Source of the DNA: Sphagnum compactum
Taxonomy: Eukaryota
Assembly: GCA_965153455.1 (NCBI GenBank)
Contig: OZ234493.1
Span: forward strand, 22,000,213-22,064,212
Length of the DNA stretch: 64,000 nt
Direction of reading: 5' to 3'
Positions 1-13,076 of this stretch are shown here, in pieces. The notes beneath the pieces are model-generated. The model was not told where the DNA came from, made no database searches, and worked only from the letters and a program-made list of their open reading frames with translations. Positions within the stretch are counted from its first letter, which is position 1. Each line of letters opens with the position of its first letter. The position numbers were made by a program, and so were the translations under genes.

Positions 1-1619
1 ACGAACTTTCTCTTATATATATATATATATAATAAAGTTATACGTAAATTCAGGCCAAGACGGCACAGGAACCCCATGTTTGGTCACGTGGGGGACGAGA
101 TTTTTAAAAACAGGAATAAAAAGTATGCTGGGCTTCAACGGAGCGTGAAACTCAGTTTAGCAACAAATTTTATGGTAAATTGAGTTTCCCCTGTCCTTTC
201 TTTTTTCTGAATGCTTTCCACCAATCACTGCTGCTGCTCTGTGTACTGTAGCTATAAGTGTTCTTGAGCCTGGTGCATTTAATCCAGAGTCTCAGTGTTT
301 CATAGCTTCATTTAATAAAATGTTATGACTTTGCCAACAACAGCCAGGAGGGGATGAAGCATCAAATGAGGGGTGCAACTCAGGCCCAACAGGGCATGAG
401 TTTATGGATAGCTCTAATGTATATGATTTTATTTTGGGCAAGTCCAATGTTCCAATAATGTGTTGTTCTCCAACAATTTCACATTCATAATGCCATTACT
501 TCATGAGACAGATGGTGACGCTGCTGATGCCCAAAAGCTGAGTAGAAGATTTGATTTCCAAGCCAAAACGTGAAATTGATTGTGGTGGTGTGATTTGTGG
601 TCGGTAAGGCCCACAGCCAGGCGTGTTACCAGAGTAAGGACCGCTTTACAGTTGGAGTCAGGGCCAATGTTCAATCCAAATCAAGCATTCTATTGATGCA
701 AAAGTTGAAATCGGCCCCAAGGGCTTTACACTAGGAGTCAAGGCTGAACTAGAAGAAATGTTTTCAATCCGCCCAAAGTTACTAATAAAATTGCTGAACT
801 TTATGGCCTTGTATTGGCCCCAAGGCTGGAAAAAGGATACCAACGAATTTGGGAGGCCAATTTGCAACCATTGGGGTCAATGTTTCAGCATTTATTAATA
901 TCCTTACATCATTATTTTAATATCCTTACATCAATGTTCTAGCGTTTATTAGTAACTTGGTGCCAAACAACAAGGCAAAAATGCTCAAAGTTGGCCCTGA
1001 GTTTTTTCGGCCCGGACTCCGAGTGCACAGCGGGCCTAAGGTGCCCACCTAAGGCATCCAGGGGCCTTCCTCCGCATACTAATCATGTCAGACCAAAGAA
1101 AATAACAATGGGCCCTTGGGAAATGCGTGAGAACTGACCTCCCAATGTAAGAGTGAATTTAATGGGTTTTGAGAACGCCCTCCAAGTACACTACCAAGTG
1201 TCTGACATTTCATTACATTCAGGAGGACATTGCTGGTCCCAAGAAAGGGTTGCAATATTGGAGAGGACCCGGGCCACCCCATGACATGTATCAATGATGA
1301 TTTTACTTTCTGATATGAACTGGGGCCAGAGTGAACCAGCACCCACCAGTGCACCAGTTGCTCGTTCTGTCCATAGGATGGGTTTTATTTCTTCATCCAG
1401 TTCCTGACTCTGTGTTACCCCAACATTGTACCATAGTCAACCTTTTTGGGCTGCTGACCTTTCACCCTTTTTCTTTTTTGGGTTTTTTTTTCTCAACCCT
1501 GACCATACTACCTTTCAACCTAATCACCCTAGTTCCCTAACTACCCTACTGACTTAACTACGTTATTGACTTGCACCTTGGCTCTACCTACCAACCCCTT
1601 CCCTACTTACCCTCTAGTT

Positions 1620-2180
1620 TTTCATAGTTAAACCTATATCTCTTGGCTAAACTTTTGTCTTTTGGCACAACTTCTAATTCTTCTTGGCTAAACCATTTTC
1701 TTTTAGCACAACTTTTAACTTTTCTTGGTTAAAACTTTTCTTTCTGGTACAACTTTTCATTCTTCTTGTCTAAACCTATATCTCTTTGCTAAAACTTTTT
1801 TTTTGGCACAACTTTTAATCCTTTTTGGCTAAACCTCCATCTTTTCATGACTAAACGTTTACATGTGGACACAATCTCTATGTATTTTTAGCTAAACGTC
1901 TATTTCTTTGCAAAAACATTACTTTCAACAATTTTTTTTAAAAAAAATTAAACCTCTACCTTTTGGAAAAAATTCTAACTTTTCTTGACTAAACCTATAT
2001 CTCTTGACAAAACCTCCTTCTTTTCATGGTTAAATTGTTACACGTTGGCAAAAATTCTATTTATTTTTTAAAAATTTTATCTCTTGGCAAAATCTTAACC
2101 TCTTCTTAGTTAAATTTTTACCTTTAAACAAAACCTTTTTATTTTCTTGCTTAAACCTCTACCACTTGAAAAAAATTTCT
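1620..2180. repeat. Degenerate tandem repeat, ~40-bp T-rich units
   Basis: Recurring motifs TTCTTGGCTAAACC and TTGGCACAACTTTT at roughly regular spacing; boundaries approximate. Confidence 0.65.
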
Positions 2181-4261
2181 CCTTTTAATTCTTTTTCTTG
2201 TTCTAAATATTTTTCTTCTATCATTTATCACAATTAGTTTATTTCCTCTATTTTTTTATCGTCATCATTTTTTTCATTGAATGTGCATATTTTATGCCCA
2301 ACATTTAGGTATTGCATAAACCATCCAAAAAAACCAATCAACATTTTATGCTTCAAATGTGGGTATTGAAAAATCATTCTACAAAATTAATGTTCATTTT
2401 GTGACCCTTATGCAAGTATTTCACATTGAATTTTTTTAAAAAGTTCTTTTAATGCAATAATGCAACATTGCAATATGTTTCAAACTTATATTTTTAAGGA
2501 AAATTTCAACAAAGTATTAATGCAATGCTCACATTCAAAGCATGTAAACATAATACAAAATGAGGTTACAATTGCAATAAGACAAAACTTGTATGTATTA
2601 ATGCAAGTATCACATTTATCAAAACTTTTTAGAATGTCCAAAACATGGAAAACATGAGCTCCATGCCATTTTTTATACCAAAGAAACCTAGGTAAGATAA
2701 GCATGTTACTTTTACCTCAAAAGACACCTTTCTAAACCTATTTTCATTAGCCACCATGTCATGTGTTCTTCGATAAGTTCTTGTTGTTTAACCACCTGAA
2801 TAGCATGTTGATGAATGTAAAGTTGATAGTGATACAATTGGAGTTGAATGACATTAGTTACAAATTAGTATTTCATAATTATTCAAAGTTTGCATCAAAC
2901 ATATGATACACATTAATATGAAAATTTGAAAAATATAAACCAACCCCAAAAATTACATGAGTATGAACATATATAGTCTATTAGATTTGTTTTTAAATGA
3001 AAAAATTGGAAATATTTTGAAAATAAGAAATAAAGGAAAAAGAAAAACAAACTTCATCTTTGGAATTTTGAAGACCAAAAAAATGAAAAATAAGGGGGGA
3101 AAAAAAAGAAATATTTACAACAAACATGAAAAAATAAAAGAAAAAAAATTCTTCTAACATTTAGAAAATAGAAAAAATGGAAAAATGGGGCAAGAAAACC
3201 CAAAAAATCTTTTGATTCTTAAAGAAAAAAAAAAGGAAAACAAAGCAATGAAAAGGAAAAAAAAACTAGAATTCTTCTTCTTGAATTAACAATAACAAGA
3301 AAAAAAATCTTGAAGAAAAAACAGAAAAAAAGAAAAAAAAAACAAACTTCTTCTAGAATTATTAAAATACAAAAAACTAGAAAAACAAGAAAGAAACAAA
3401 AATAGTGTTTGTCTTCTATTTTTTTTCTTTTCATCTTCTTTATTTTTTAATTTCCATTCCCTTCTCTTTTAGTCTTTTGTCTTCTTCTCTTTCTTTTTCT
3501 TACTTTTCTCTTTTGCTTCTATTTTCAAACCAAAACAAAAAAAAGACAAAGAAAAAGATAAAAACATACCTTGCATGATGTGTATAACTAGTGATGATGA
3601 AACAAGAAATAACACCAAACGCAACAATGTGATGACAAAAAATGCTTAAAGAGAGAAAAAAAAAACAGAAAAATAAGGAAATGATAAACAAGTTGTAACA
3701 CTAGAGGAAAACAAAAAAACAAAAGATCAAAAAAAAAACTAAAATAACAACAAAAATGAAAGAAAAGAATGATAAGAAGAAAAATTTATAGTACAAAAAA
3801 AATAGAAAAAATAATAATAATAACAATAACAATAAAAAAGTAAATTAAATGATGAAGCAAAAACTACCATAGTAATGACATTCGTCATTTTGCACTTTAA
3901 AATTCGCGAATTTACGTGGTAAAGCACCTTGTCAAAACATTCGGCATACTTTCGTGAAACATTTGCCAACATGGACATCGCACGCGGTGACAGCCTGTGC
4001 TGAACGGTAACGGTTACTACCAGACCATTACCACTCGGAGTCAGGTTGCCGCCAATACCTGCCGGCCGCGCCGCCAGTGCAGTACGGTGCGGTTGGGCCG
4101 CCAGGCTTGACTGAGTCTGTACGGTAGCCTGACGTCTTGCATGCCAATGCTTTGTTCTAGTTTGATCTAGCCTGAAGTTGCCAGCTTCCAAGTTCCATAT
4201 GTCTCTATGCAGTAGCATAGTTGAAGATCTAAGGATAAGGATAAGGAATCTGACAGCCGCC

Positions 4262-6175
4262 ATGGTCAAGGAAAAGGGACCAAAGCATGCCCACGTTGTC
4301 CAGCAGGAAGAACCCAAGACCCCTGGGGAAAGCACTAAGGTCAAATGCAAGTACTGTGAACTTGTCTTCACCGCCACAGCAACCAGGATTCGTGCACATC
4401 TTCTAGGGTGGACTGGATCTGGTGTGCGAGCTTGTGACAAAGTCCCCCCGGTGGTTACACACCAGTTTGAGGAGCTGGAGAAGGAAAAGAAGGAAAAGGA
4501 GTTCAAGAAGCGGAAGGTTGAGCAGCTTGACAAGCTGTCCAGTGGGGAGGCTGTCAAACCTAAGAAGCAAAGCACCTTGAAGGTTGCCTTCTCCAAGCAG
4601 GATTGCTCGAAGGTTGACCAGCTTTGGGGTCGAGCATTCTATGCCAATGGGCTCTCTTTCCGTTTAGCAAAGGATCCTCACTTCAAGGCAGCTGTGGCAG
4701 CAACAGCAAGCTTTGGGGAGTCATATCCAGGGCCTCTTTCTGTGGACAGGCTGCGAACAACCATTCTGGAGTGTGAGAAGCAGCTCTGTCGGGATGGCTT
4801 GGCCTCCTTCCAAGAGTCTCTTCAGCTGACAGGGGCAACGATTACCAGTGACGGGTGGTCTGATGTGCGTAAGCGCCCTCTGTTAAATCTGCTCGTTGTC
4901 TCTCCAAAGGGGGAAATGTTCTTCAAGGCGGTTGATACGGGGGGTGAGACAAAGGACGCTACTTATATTGCTGGACAGCTGATTGATTGCATCCGGGAGG
5001 TTGGTGCAGACAGCGTCATCCAAGTTGTTACAGACAGTGCGGCAGTCTGCAAAGTTGTTGGCAGGCTAGTTGAGCAAAAGTTCTCTTGGATAACGTGGAC
5101 GTCGTGCACCCCACATTGTCTGGACCTGCTCCTTGAAGATGTGGGGAAGCTGCCATGGGCTGCAGAGGTGGTTGCAGAGGCAAAGGCGGTGGTGAAATTC
5201 ATCACAAATCACCACCAGAGTCAGGCGCTGTTTCGCGGCAAGTCTAGGCTGGATCTGCTGAAGCTGGGGGACACGCGCTTTGCCACCAACTTCATCATGC
5301 TGGACCGCATGCTAGAGGTGAGAGAGGCGTTGCAAGAGCTGGTTGTCGGCCGGGAGTGGAGGGAGTGGAACGGGGAGTCCAATCATTCGGATGACGGGGA
5401 CAAAGTGAGGGACTGTGTCTTGCGGAGCGGATTCTGGAAGAACCTGGAAGAGGTGCTAGCATTGACAAAGGGGACGGTGGCTCTGCTGCGGGAGTGCGAT
5501 CGGGGGGTGCCAATCGCAGGAAAGGTCTACGTGGCAATGTTTAATTGCGGACAGGAACTGGAGGCCCTGAGGGACGACACCTCGGAGTACTGTCCTGGGA
5601 TCAAGGTCTCTGCTCAGAAGTATGCACAGGTGCATGCAATCTGGGAGAAGCGCTGGGAGATGCTGCACAGCGACATGCATGCTGCTGGGTATGTTCTTGA
5701 CCCGGAGTATCAGTCTCCAGATAACGGGTAGCATAGCAACGTAGAAGTGATGCGAGGGTTTCACAACATTGTTGAGAAGCTTCTGCCTGACATTGAGGAT
5801 CAGGTCAAGGCAATCGAACAGCTAGCTAAGTACAGGAACTCGGAGGGAGAGTTTGGCCGCCCGTTCGTCAAGGCAAGTGCTAAGAAGTTGCCAGGCTGGA
5901 AGTGGTGGGTGGAATTTGGCTCAGAGTGCCCCGAGCTGTAGAGCGTGGCGCAAAAGGTGCTGAGCCAGATCTCATGCGCGTCTATGTGCGAGAGAAACTG
6001 GAGCACCTACGACTTTATCCACAACAAAAAGCGCAATCGTCTGCGACCAGACAGGGCAAACGATCTGGTGGAGGTGTTCTCTAACCTGCGTCTGATCAGC
6101 AAGGTGAACAACATTGAGTATGAGGAGCAGATGCTGGCATGGGACAGCGGAGAGGAGGAATTGGAGGAAGAGTGA
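4262..6175 (+). pseudogene. hAT transposase (BED finger, DUF659/RNase H-like core, C-terminal dimerisation domain) with two in-frame stops
   Basis: BED finger KCKYC...RIRAHL; core motifs SDGWSD, VTDSA, CTPHCLDL, TRFAT; dimerisation region WWVEFG...CERNWSTYDFIHNKKRNRL. ORFs 4178, 5747 and 5945 share one frame, broken only by TAG at 5729-5731 and 5939-5941. Confidence 0.95.
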
Positions 6176-6706
6176 AGCATGGGTGAGCTTGGTAAAATAT
6201 TGGATTGTGTCCTTTTTTTTGTGAATCTGGTGTGCTGGAACTCAAGAAAGTTTAAAAGCTATTAGATTTTGCAGTCAGGTCAAAACTTTTTCTAGTTTGT
6301 GCAGTCCAATCAGATCTGGTATGCAACTCAACTAGTTCTGATGCAGGGTTTGACTGCATGCATTTGTTTCTTGAATCTTTTTGGGTGGTATGATGCCGAA
6401 TATGCTTGGTGGTAAAGTGAGGATAGGCTGATTTGTCCATCTAGGATAGAAGTCTGATAATGTTTAAAGTTGATCAACAATATAAAAGCTTGAGGAAGAT
6501 TCGTTCAGCATTTGCTAGAGAGTGACTTCATTGGTATCTGCTGTCCTGTCGAATCTGCTTGATGGTAAAGTTAGGATAGGCTGATTTGTCCATCCAGGAT
6601 ATAAGCCTAATAATGTAAGCCTAACATGCCCGCGAATGTTTACCGAATGTTCACCGGTTGATCTATAAAATTCATTAAAATTCGTGCTTCTTTGGGCTTC
6701 CATAAC

Positions 6707-7525
6707 TGACGCGCTCCTAAGTCCTGGGGTGAAACCCACTTGAGGGTTTCACTTTGTCAAGTTGCGGAAAGTTGGGACTTGGGGCACGCTCCCGGCTTCC
6801 AACACTAGAAAGGGGTAGAGGGTCGTGTTGGGAGCCCCGGGATTAGACTAGGAAGAGGGACTAGCTTAGCTTGTGTGAATCTGCGTCCAAAAACCAACCA
6901 CACGAGGTTAGTTTAGCATTCGGGACACCCTTGGGTGTGGGGACAAGCCACGGGCACTTTGACACACAAGACTCACCACGGCCCGGACTCGAGGGAAGCC
7001 ACCACCTTCCCCCATATAGTATTCTCTGCAGCTCGCCATGGAGGCTACATCCAAACGGCACATTTTGTTGGGACTCCCGAAATGGAGTCCCGAAATTGTC
7101 CCGGCTGGACTCCCGAAACTTTGAACGGCCATAACTCCCGATTGCAGAGTCTAATCGCAACGAGGTCTAAACCAAAGTTGTAGCCCTCGTCGAGATCTTT
7201 TCAACGCCATGTCGCACTCTCAAATCGGATGTCGGGAAGAGGTCGATTCCCGACTTTTAGTGGTCGGGAGTCAAACTGCCAGTTTGACTCCCAGCCCTTC
7301 TTTTGTCCATAACTTGGGCTGCAGATCTCCAAATGACCAATGCGAGGCAATTTTCGATATCTACGTTTCAAGACCTTTCCAATGACACCAAGAACACCCC
7401 AATGCGAGGTGTTTTGGGCCTTGCTGTCGAGCTCTGAACATTCAGGAGTCCCGGGGGACCCCAAGACCCCAACTTTGCAAGTGTTGGGCTTCACTCCCAC
7501 ACTTGGCCAAAGTGGGGTTGCGACA
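6707..7525. mobile_element. Solo LTR (819 bp) inserted in the hAT 3' subterminal region
   Basis: Begins TGACGC and ends GCGACA (TG...CA, short imperfect inverted ends). Flanked by 5-bp TSD ATAAC at 6702-6706 and 7526-7530. No internal coding region. Confidence 0.9.
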
Positions 7526-8549
7526 ATAACATTCCCGCACCAAGAATGTCATAACTATGAAAACTACACCAACAATGGAAGAGAAAAAGAAGAAAGAAAG
7601 AACAAAATAAGAAAAGAAGAAGGAAGAGGAGGGAAAAAAAGGAGGGAAATTTTTTGAAATCTCATTTTTTTTTGAAATTTTTTGAAAGGTCAGCTAGTGA
7701 AAAGAAAAAAAATAACCCACCTCAATGTTTGATTTAGCTTGGCGATGGCCGCGCGCGCACGAAGGTGGTGACAGAAGACGAGAGACACACACAGAGAGTC
7801 AGAAAAAGAAAAATCCATTTTTTGGAGCTTAGGGTTCAATCCATCCAGTTTTAGAGCTTGGAGCTCAATTCAGTTTGTAAGATGTGATTGCTGGCGATGA
7901 CTGGGTGACGAGTTGGGAATGCCTGGCGACAACCGCAAGAGGAGGAGCGCCGAAATGGGGACGAGGTGGAGGAGCGGCGGTGCTTTGATGACGACGACGA
8001 ATCCGGGCGCCCAAGCAGGAAAGTCTGCGAAGAGAATCTACGGATAGACAGACGAGAGGGAGAGCGAGCGGAACGATACTCTTGGGGGATCTGTCACGGA
8101 CGGGACACGACGAAAGCAGACGAGAGGAGAGAGAAAGAAAAACTTTGGTGCTTGGGCTGTGCTACCTGCTACCTTCTGTTGGATTGGTTTTCGGGAGGTT
8201 TTGGTGGGGACTGGTTCGTTGGCTGGCTGGCCGTCTCTCCGTGTGTCGCCAGGGGCTAAAAAAGAAAGAAGAGTTTCAAGTTATCACAACTAACATGTTT
8301 CAAGAAGACACATTTTGCACATTGAACTTTCAAAATCTAGAATGCCTAGTTGATAGCCTGGTGGGGACATTCTGGATTTCAAAAGCTCCTGTGACAGCCA
8401 GCCAACAAGGACAGTTCTAGGTTCTTGGTTTTGACTTCTGAACCTTTTTTTTTTTTTTTTTGGGCTAAAACCCATGTGTTTTTTTACTTCTCAAGTCTTT
8501 TTAAAAAAATAGACATTGGTTTAGGGTTTAAGATTTGAAAAACTCCACG

Positions 8550-9398
8550 ATGGCACTCCATGCCGCACTGCTGCGGTGTCCTTTCAATGTAGCGTCAGAC
8601 ATTTTCACGCTGAAGGACACTGCCAAGACGTATTGCAACAACGCCGGGTTCAATGTTCCAGACAATGCACCCCTGGCGGTCTACTAGGTAGCCCTAGCCG
8701 GGCACTGGCTAGTCATGGGCCTCAAGACCGACAGCTCACCTGTTAACGTGTGGTTGTCCAAGATGGAGGCGGCCATCAAGAACATTGCATCTCTTGCGGC
8801 CGCTGGCAACCTTGTGGCCAACAAACTAATGGAGCGCAAGGCGGCCACAGCTGTCATAGCCAAGGCTACTTCTAAACAAAAGTCCAAGTGGACCACAGTG
8901 ATGGCCAAGAACTTGCGCTAGTTGGTCAGCCGGGTCGTGGAGACCTTGGCCGACGCGCCCAAACAGGAGGAGCACAAGCTCAACTTACGCCTCACGAGCT
9001 TTGAGGCCAAGGAAGGCAAGATTGAGAAGGAGCTGGTGCAACGGTTCAACACAGAGCCGTTGCAAGGGCAAATGAGGCTGCGTGCCAAGGTCGTCATCAC
9101 CACGCGGCACCGGCCTGCAACCGCGCGAACCTCCACCTTGACGACAGGTGCGCGCCCCGGTGCGCTGCTACTCAAATTCGCGACAAGTGAAGGCCGCTAG
9201 GCCGCGCTGCGAGGGTGCAAAAGCCTGGCGGGGACCAAGCTAGGCCTAGACGAGGACCTCACGCCCGCGTAGCAGGCGCTCAAGTCACAGCTGTGGCCGC
9301 TATTCAAGGAGGCCAAGGCGGCAGGCAAGCGCGCTTTCTGGTGCGCAGCCGAGCTCTTCATCAACGGCACTCAGATTCGCCCACCTTCCTCTATCTAA
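8550..9398 (+). pseudogene. LINE ORF1 with four in-frame TAG stops
   Basis: One frame from ATG 8550 to TAA 9396-9398. C-terminus LGLDEDLTPA...FKEAKAAGKRAFW...ELFING resembles the ORF1 C-terminal domain of L1/CR1/RTEX-type elements. Confidence 0.75.
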
Positions 9399-9425
9399 AG
9401 CCACGAGGACCAGAGAGACCTATGC

Positions 9426-12400
9426 ATGGTATTATGGAACATGCACAGGGGTGGTGTAAATAAACTGGAAACGAGGGTGCAAATACTAGAGCTATTTCAG
9501 GATGCTGACCTTGTTCTATTCACCGAAACCTGGCACTTCCTAGGCCAACATTCGCCACACGTTGATGGGTTTGACTCATTTGTGGTAGCGCGCATTGTGT
9601 AGCTGGGAAGAACAAAAGCAATAAAACATAGCGGGGGGGTTGTCACAGCCACCTCGGCCCAAACCTGTCACAGTGGAAGGAAGGAAGCCACGATTCTTAT
9701 CTATGGCTACGGGTCAGCAAGGGTGCTGCCCCTGACTTGTATGTCTGCGTGGTGTATGCAGCCCCCTTTGGCTCCAAACACAAGAACAAATCCTTGTTCC
9801 AAAACCTGGCAGCAGGTATTGCTGAAGTTCAAACTCTAGGGCGCATAATATTATTGGGAGGGGATTCTAATGCGCGAACTGCAACGTTACTAGATACCAT
9901 TGACACTAGCGACCTTTGTGAACTATTACAGGCACCTGAGCTCGTTCAAACTGAGCAACCAAGTGCTGTGGCTAAGCGACAAAACCGCGATGCCAGTGTT
10001 GGCGGCTGGGGTCGCGAGCTCCTGGACCTATGTTGTGAAGCTGGGTTGCTCATCCTCGATGGCCGGACACCTGGCAACGAATAGGGGAGTTCACTTGCTT
10101 AGCAAATGGGGTGCGTAACACTATTGATTATTTTGTTGGCTCACCTGCAATTTGGCAAGCTGCTACACACCTCGAGGTGATAACAGACGACACCCGCTAT
10201 TGCGCGATGGGGGGAGACTCTTACCACAGGCCGTTACGCCTACAATTGAACATCAATTGTAGCTTTGTTGACCCACAACATACAATTATAACAAAAAAAT
10301 TCTTACCTAGGTTCAAATATGATAAATCAAAAGCTGAAAAGTATCAGCTTGCCCTAGCAGCGAATCTTGCAAATCTATGGGTTGTTGTTTCAATCGGGCA
10401 TTTGGGGGAAGACGGGTTAGCTAACCTACTGTAGCAGTGCATGGGTGCTGCAGTAGAATCTACTTTTGGCAATAAGCCTTCGGTAGGAAACTGCAAAGCG
10501 CGACATTGCCATAAACCTTGGTTTGATGCTAATTGCCGTATAGCGAAGCGGGAGCTCAGGCTTTGGCTGAAAGCCAACCCCGATTTGCACGCCGCTAAAC
10601 ATCAAGCAAGTAAACTCAAAAATTTATTTTAAAAAAAAAGAATTTTCAGGGAAACTACAAGAGCTGAACATATGTGTACGCTTGCCAAGGTGGATGCACT
10701 TTCGTTCCAGAAAAAGTACCGGCAAGGGCACCCGTTGTGGACAAAATCAGTGCAGCTACGCTTTTGGAAGGCTTCCGCGGGCTAGTTGGCTAGTCTCCGC
10801 CACCCATACGGCTGTGAATTGATCACTCGGCCCAGGTGACAGAACCTCCACCTAGCCACACCCTAAACACAAATATCACACTTGTTGAGCTACTTTAGGC
10901 GCTGAAAAAGCTACAAAGGAATAAGGTTGTTGGTTTGGATGGTATGAAAGCTAGATGCGGGAGAGCTGCTACACATGCCACTATTGACAGTGTTCAATTA
11001 CTTTCTGGTGAAAGGCTTTCCAAAAGCCCTTTCCACTGGGGTGGTCCACGCACTCTTCAAAGGGGGCGATGCCTCCGAATTTGACAACTACAATGGGATA
11101 ACTGTTGGGCCTATCCTAACAAAGTTGTTCGCTATGATCCTTGACAAAAGGTTGAGCGAGTGGGCTTAACAACATGGGCTGCGTGCCAAGGGTCAAGCTA
11201 GGTTTCGCAAAGATTACCACACTACTGACCAACTCTTCATACTGCGAACTCTGATAGAACAAAGCAAAGCAAAAAAGAAGCCACTTTATTGTTGCTTTGT
11301 GGACTTCAAAAAGGCATTCGATACTGTGCTGCATGGAGTACTGTGGGAGGTGTTGGCTAGCCTCGGGGTGGAGGGACGCTTCTTGCGATGCCTATAGGCG
11401 ATGTATACCAAGGATACCGTATGTATCAACCACCCAAGCGAAGGTGTCACCTCCAGCTTCAAGTGCCAATAAGGTGTGAAGCAAGGTTGCCCTCTCAACC
11501 CCCTACTGTTTGGGCTATATTTGGATGCCTTGGAGGGGCGCTTGGACAGTAGAGAATGCGATGCACCAACCCTAGCAAACGTGCACATATGGCTGTTTCT
11601 TTTTGCACATGACCTTGCTCTGACATCGAAGTCAGAGGTGGGACTACAACACCAGTTAGACACGCTCTAGCAGTTCTGTGCTGAACATGGACTTACAATG
11701 AACGTGAAAAAAATAAAAGTCATGGTGTTCAACTCTGCTGACCCATGCCAAGAATTTGTGTTTGAAGGTGATGCTATTGAGCGTGTGCAGACCTTAAATA
11801 CCTAGGGATCCTGCTCGAAACCACCCTGAACCTGGACAGTGCAATGGAACATCTAGCAGCTGCCAGTAGGCGCTCGCTGTTCGCATTGAACCGCCGTTGT
11901 GCGAAGCTACGTATTATGGACGTCCAGTTACGCTGTGACCTCTTCAACACGCTGGTGCATTCCACAACAAGTTATGCCTATGAGGTTTGGGTGGACTCCA
12001 AAAAAATAGAAGCTATTGAAGTAGTGTACAGAGGGTTCCTCAAATCCTTGCTCGGGGTGCGAAAAACAACTAGCACGTCCATCGTGCTGGCAGAATTTGG
12101 CAAATTCCCCTTTGAACACTTTGCATGGGGGCAAGCACTGTTGTACTATAACCGTGTGAGCACAGTCACTAAAAACCGCATCTTGGGCAAGGTATGGGAA
12201 GCCTAACTCGCTATGCTTGCTGTGAGAAAGAACTGTTGGCCTAGATCCATGAAAAAATGGCTATTCAAGAATCAGCCCTAAGAGGTGCCAGGTTTTCTGC
12301 CTCCGATTCAACCGTCGTTGGAAACGACACCTAATCCTACAACGACCCGTGTGCTCCAAGCGAGGACTATTCAACCGCCGCTGGGAACGGCTCTTACGAC

Positions 12401-13076
12401 AACGCACATACACCCGACCCGTTTAGCAGGGGTGAGAGGCTGGGCGGAGAGCCAAGTACTTTGGTGCAATGCGCACAACGTATGGGTGGGAGTTCGGATG
12501 GCTCAGTTGGCCGTGCTACAACTAGTGCAACCGGTTAGTGCTAGGTCTACGACAGGAGGCCCGATCAACCAGGAGGCTGGGGCCCCACCCCCTCCAGGTT
12601 TTCCCCACACAATATTGAGTGTAAAAAGGGTGAAGGATAATATGCGGCTAGCTTACATTGAAAATATCTTTTCCGACCGCGAGATTAGGATTAACGTGTA
12701 GACAAGATACTTACGCTTCAAGGGTATGTTGTACGAGAGCGAAAGCTAGTTGTGTAACATTAGCTGCGTTCAACTACGGAAAGCGCTAGCCCAGTTTCGA
12801 TGTGGTAACACGCAGCTTGAGGTAGTGCTAGGTGTGTGGAAGGGCGTGCCATATGCAGAGAGGCTTTGTCGAGGTTGCGATTTGGGGAAGGTTGAGGATG
12901 AAGAGCACTTGCTTCTTGTTTGTCCAAATACACAGAAAGTTAGGGAACGTTTTTGTTCGACCCTGCCCCTCACCCACACTAGCATTCTTGTTGAGCTCAT
13001 GCAGACTACGAACACGGTCGCCCTGGCCAAGTTTGTGGCATGGTGCCAGTACCAGAGGACAATGTGTCCTCCATGA
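9426..13076 (+). pseudogene. LINE ORF2 (APE endonuclease, reverse transcriptase, C-terminal CCHC) with many stops and frameshifts
   Basis: Endonuclease motifs VLWNMH, LFTETWH, GGDSNART, TIDYF, SYHRPL. RT motifs FVDFKKAFDTV, GVKQGCPLNPLLF, FAHD (degenerate YADD). C-terminal RLCRGC...VEDEEHLLLVCP. Confidence 0.93.

Larger units (their letters stand above)
3868..7559 (+). mobile_element. Full-length hAT-superfamily DNA transposon with a nested solo LTR
   Basis: TIRs CATAGTAATGACATTC (3868-3883) and GAATGTCATAACTATG (7544-7559) match at 15/16 positions. Perfect 8-bp TSD AAAACTAC at 3860-3867 and 7560-7567. Internal hAT transposase. Confidence 0.97.

Noticed and set aside
3739-4596. 285-aa minus-strand ORF
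   Set aside because: Antisense shadow of the hAT transposase running into low-complexity sequence.
7730-8260. GC-rich stretch with short ORFs as a gene
   Set aside because: No domain similarity or consistent exon structure; more likely transposon leader sequence.
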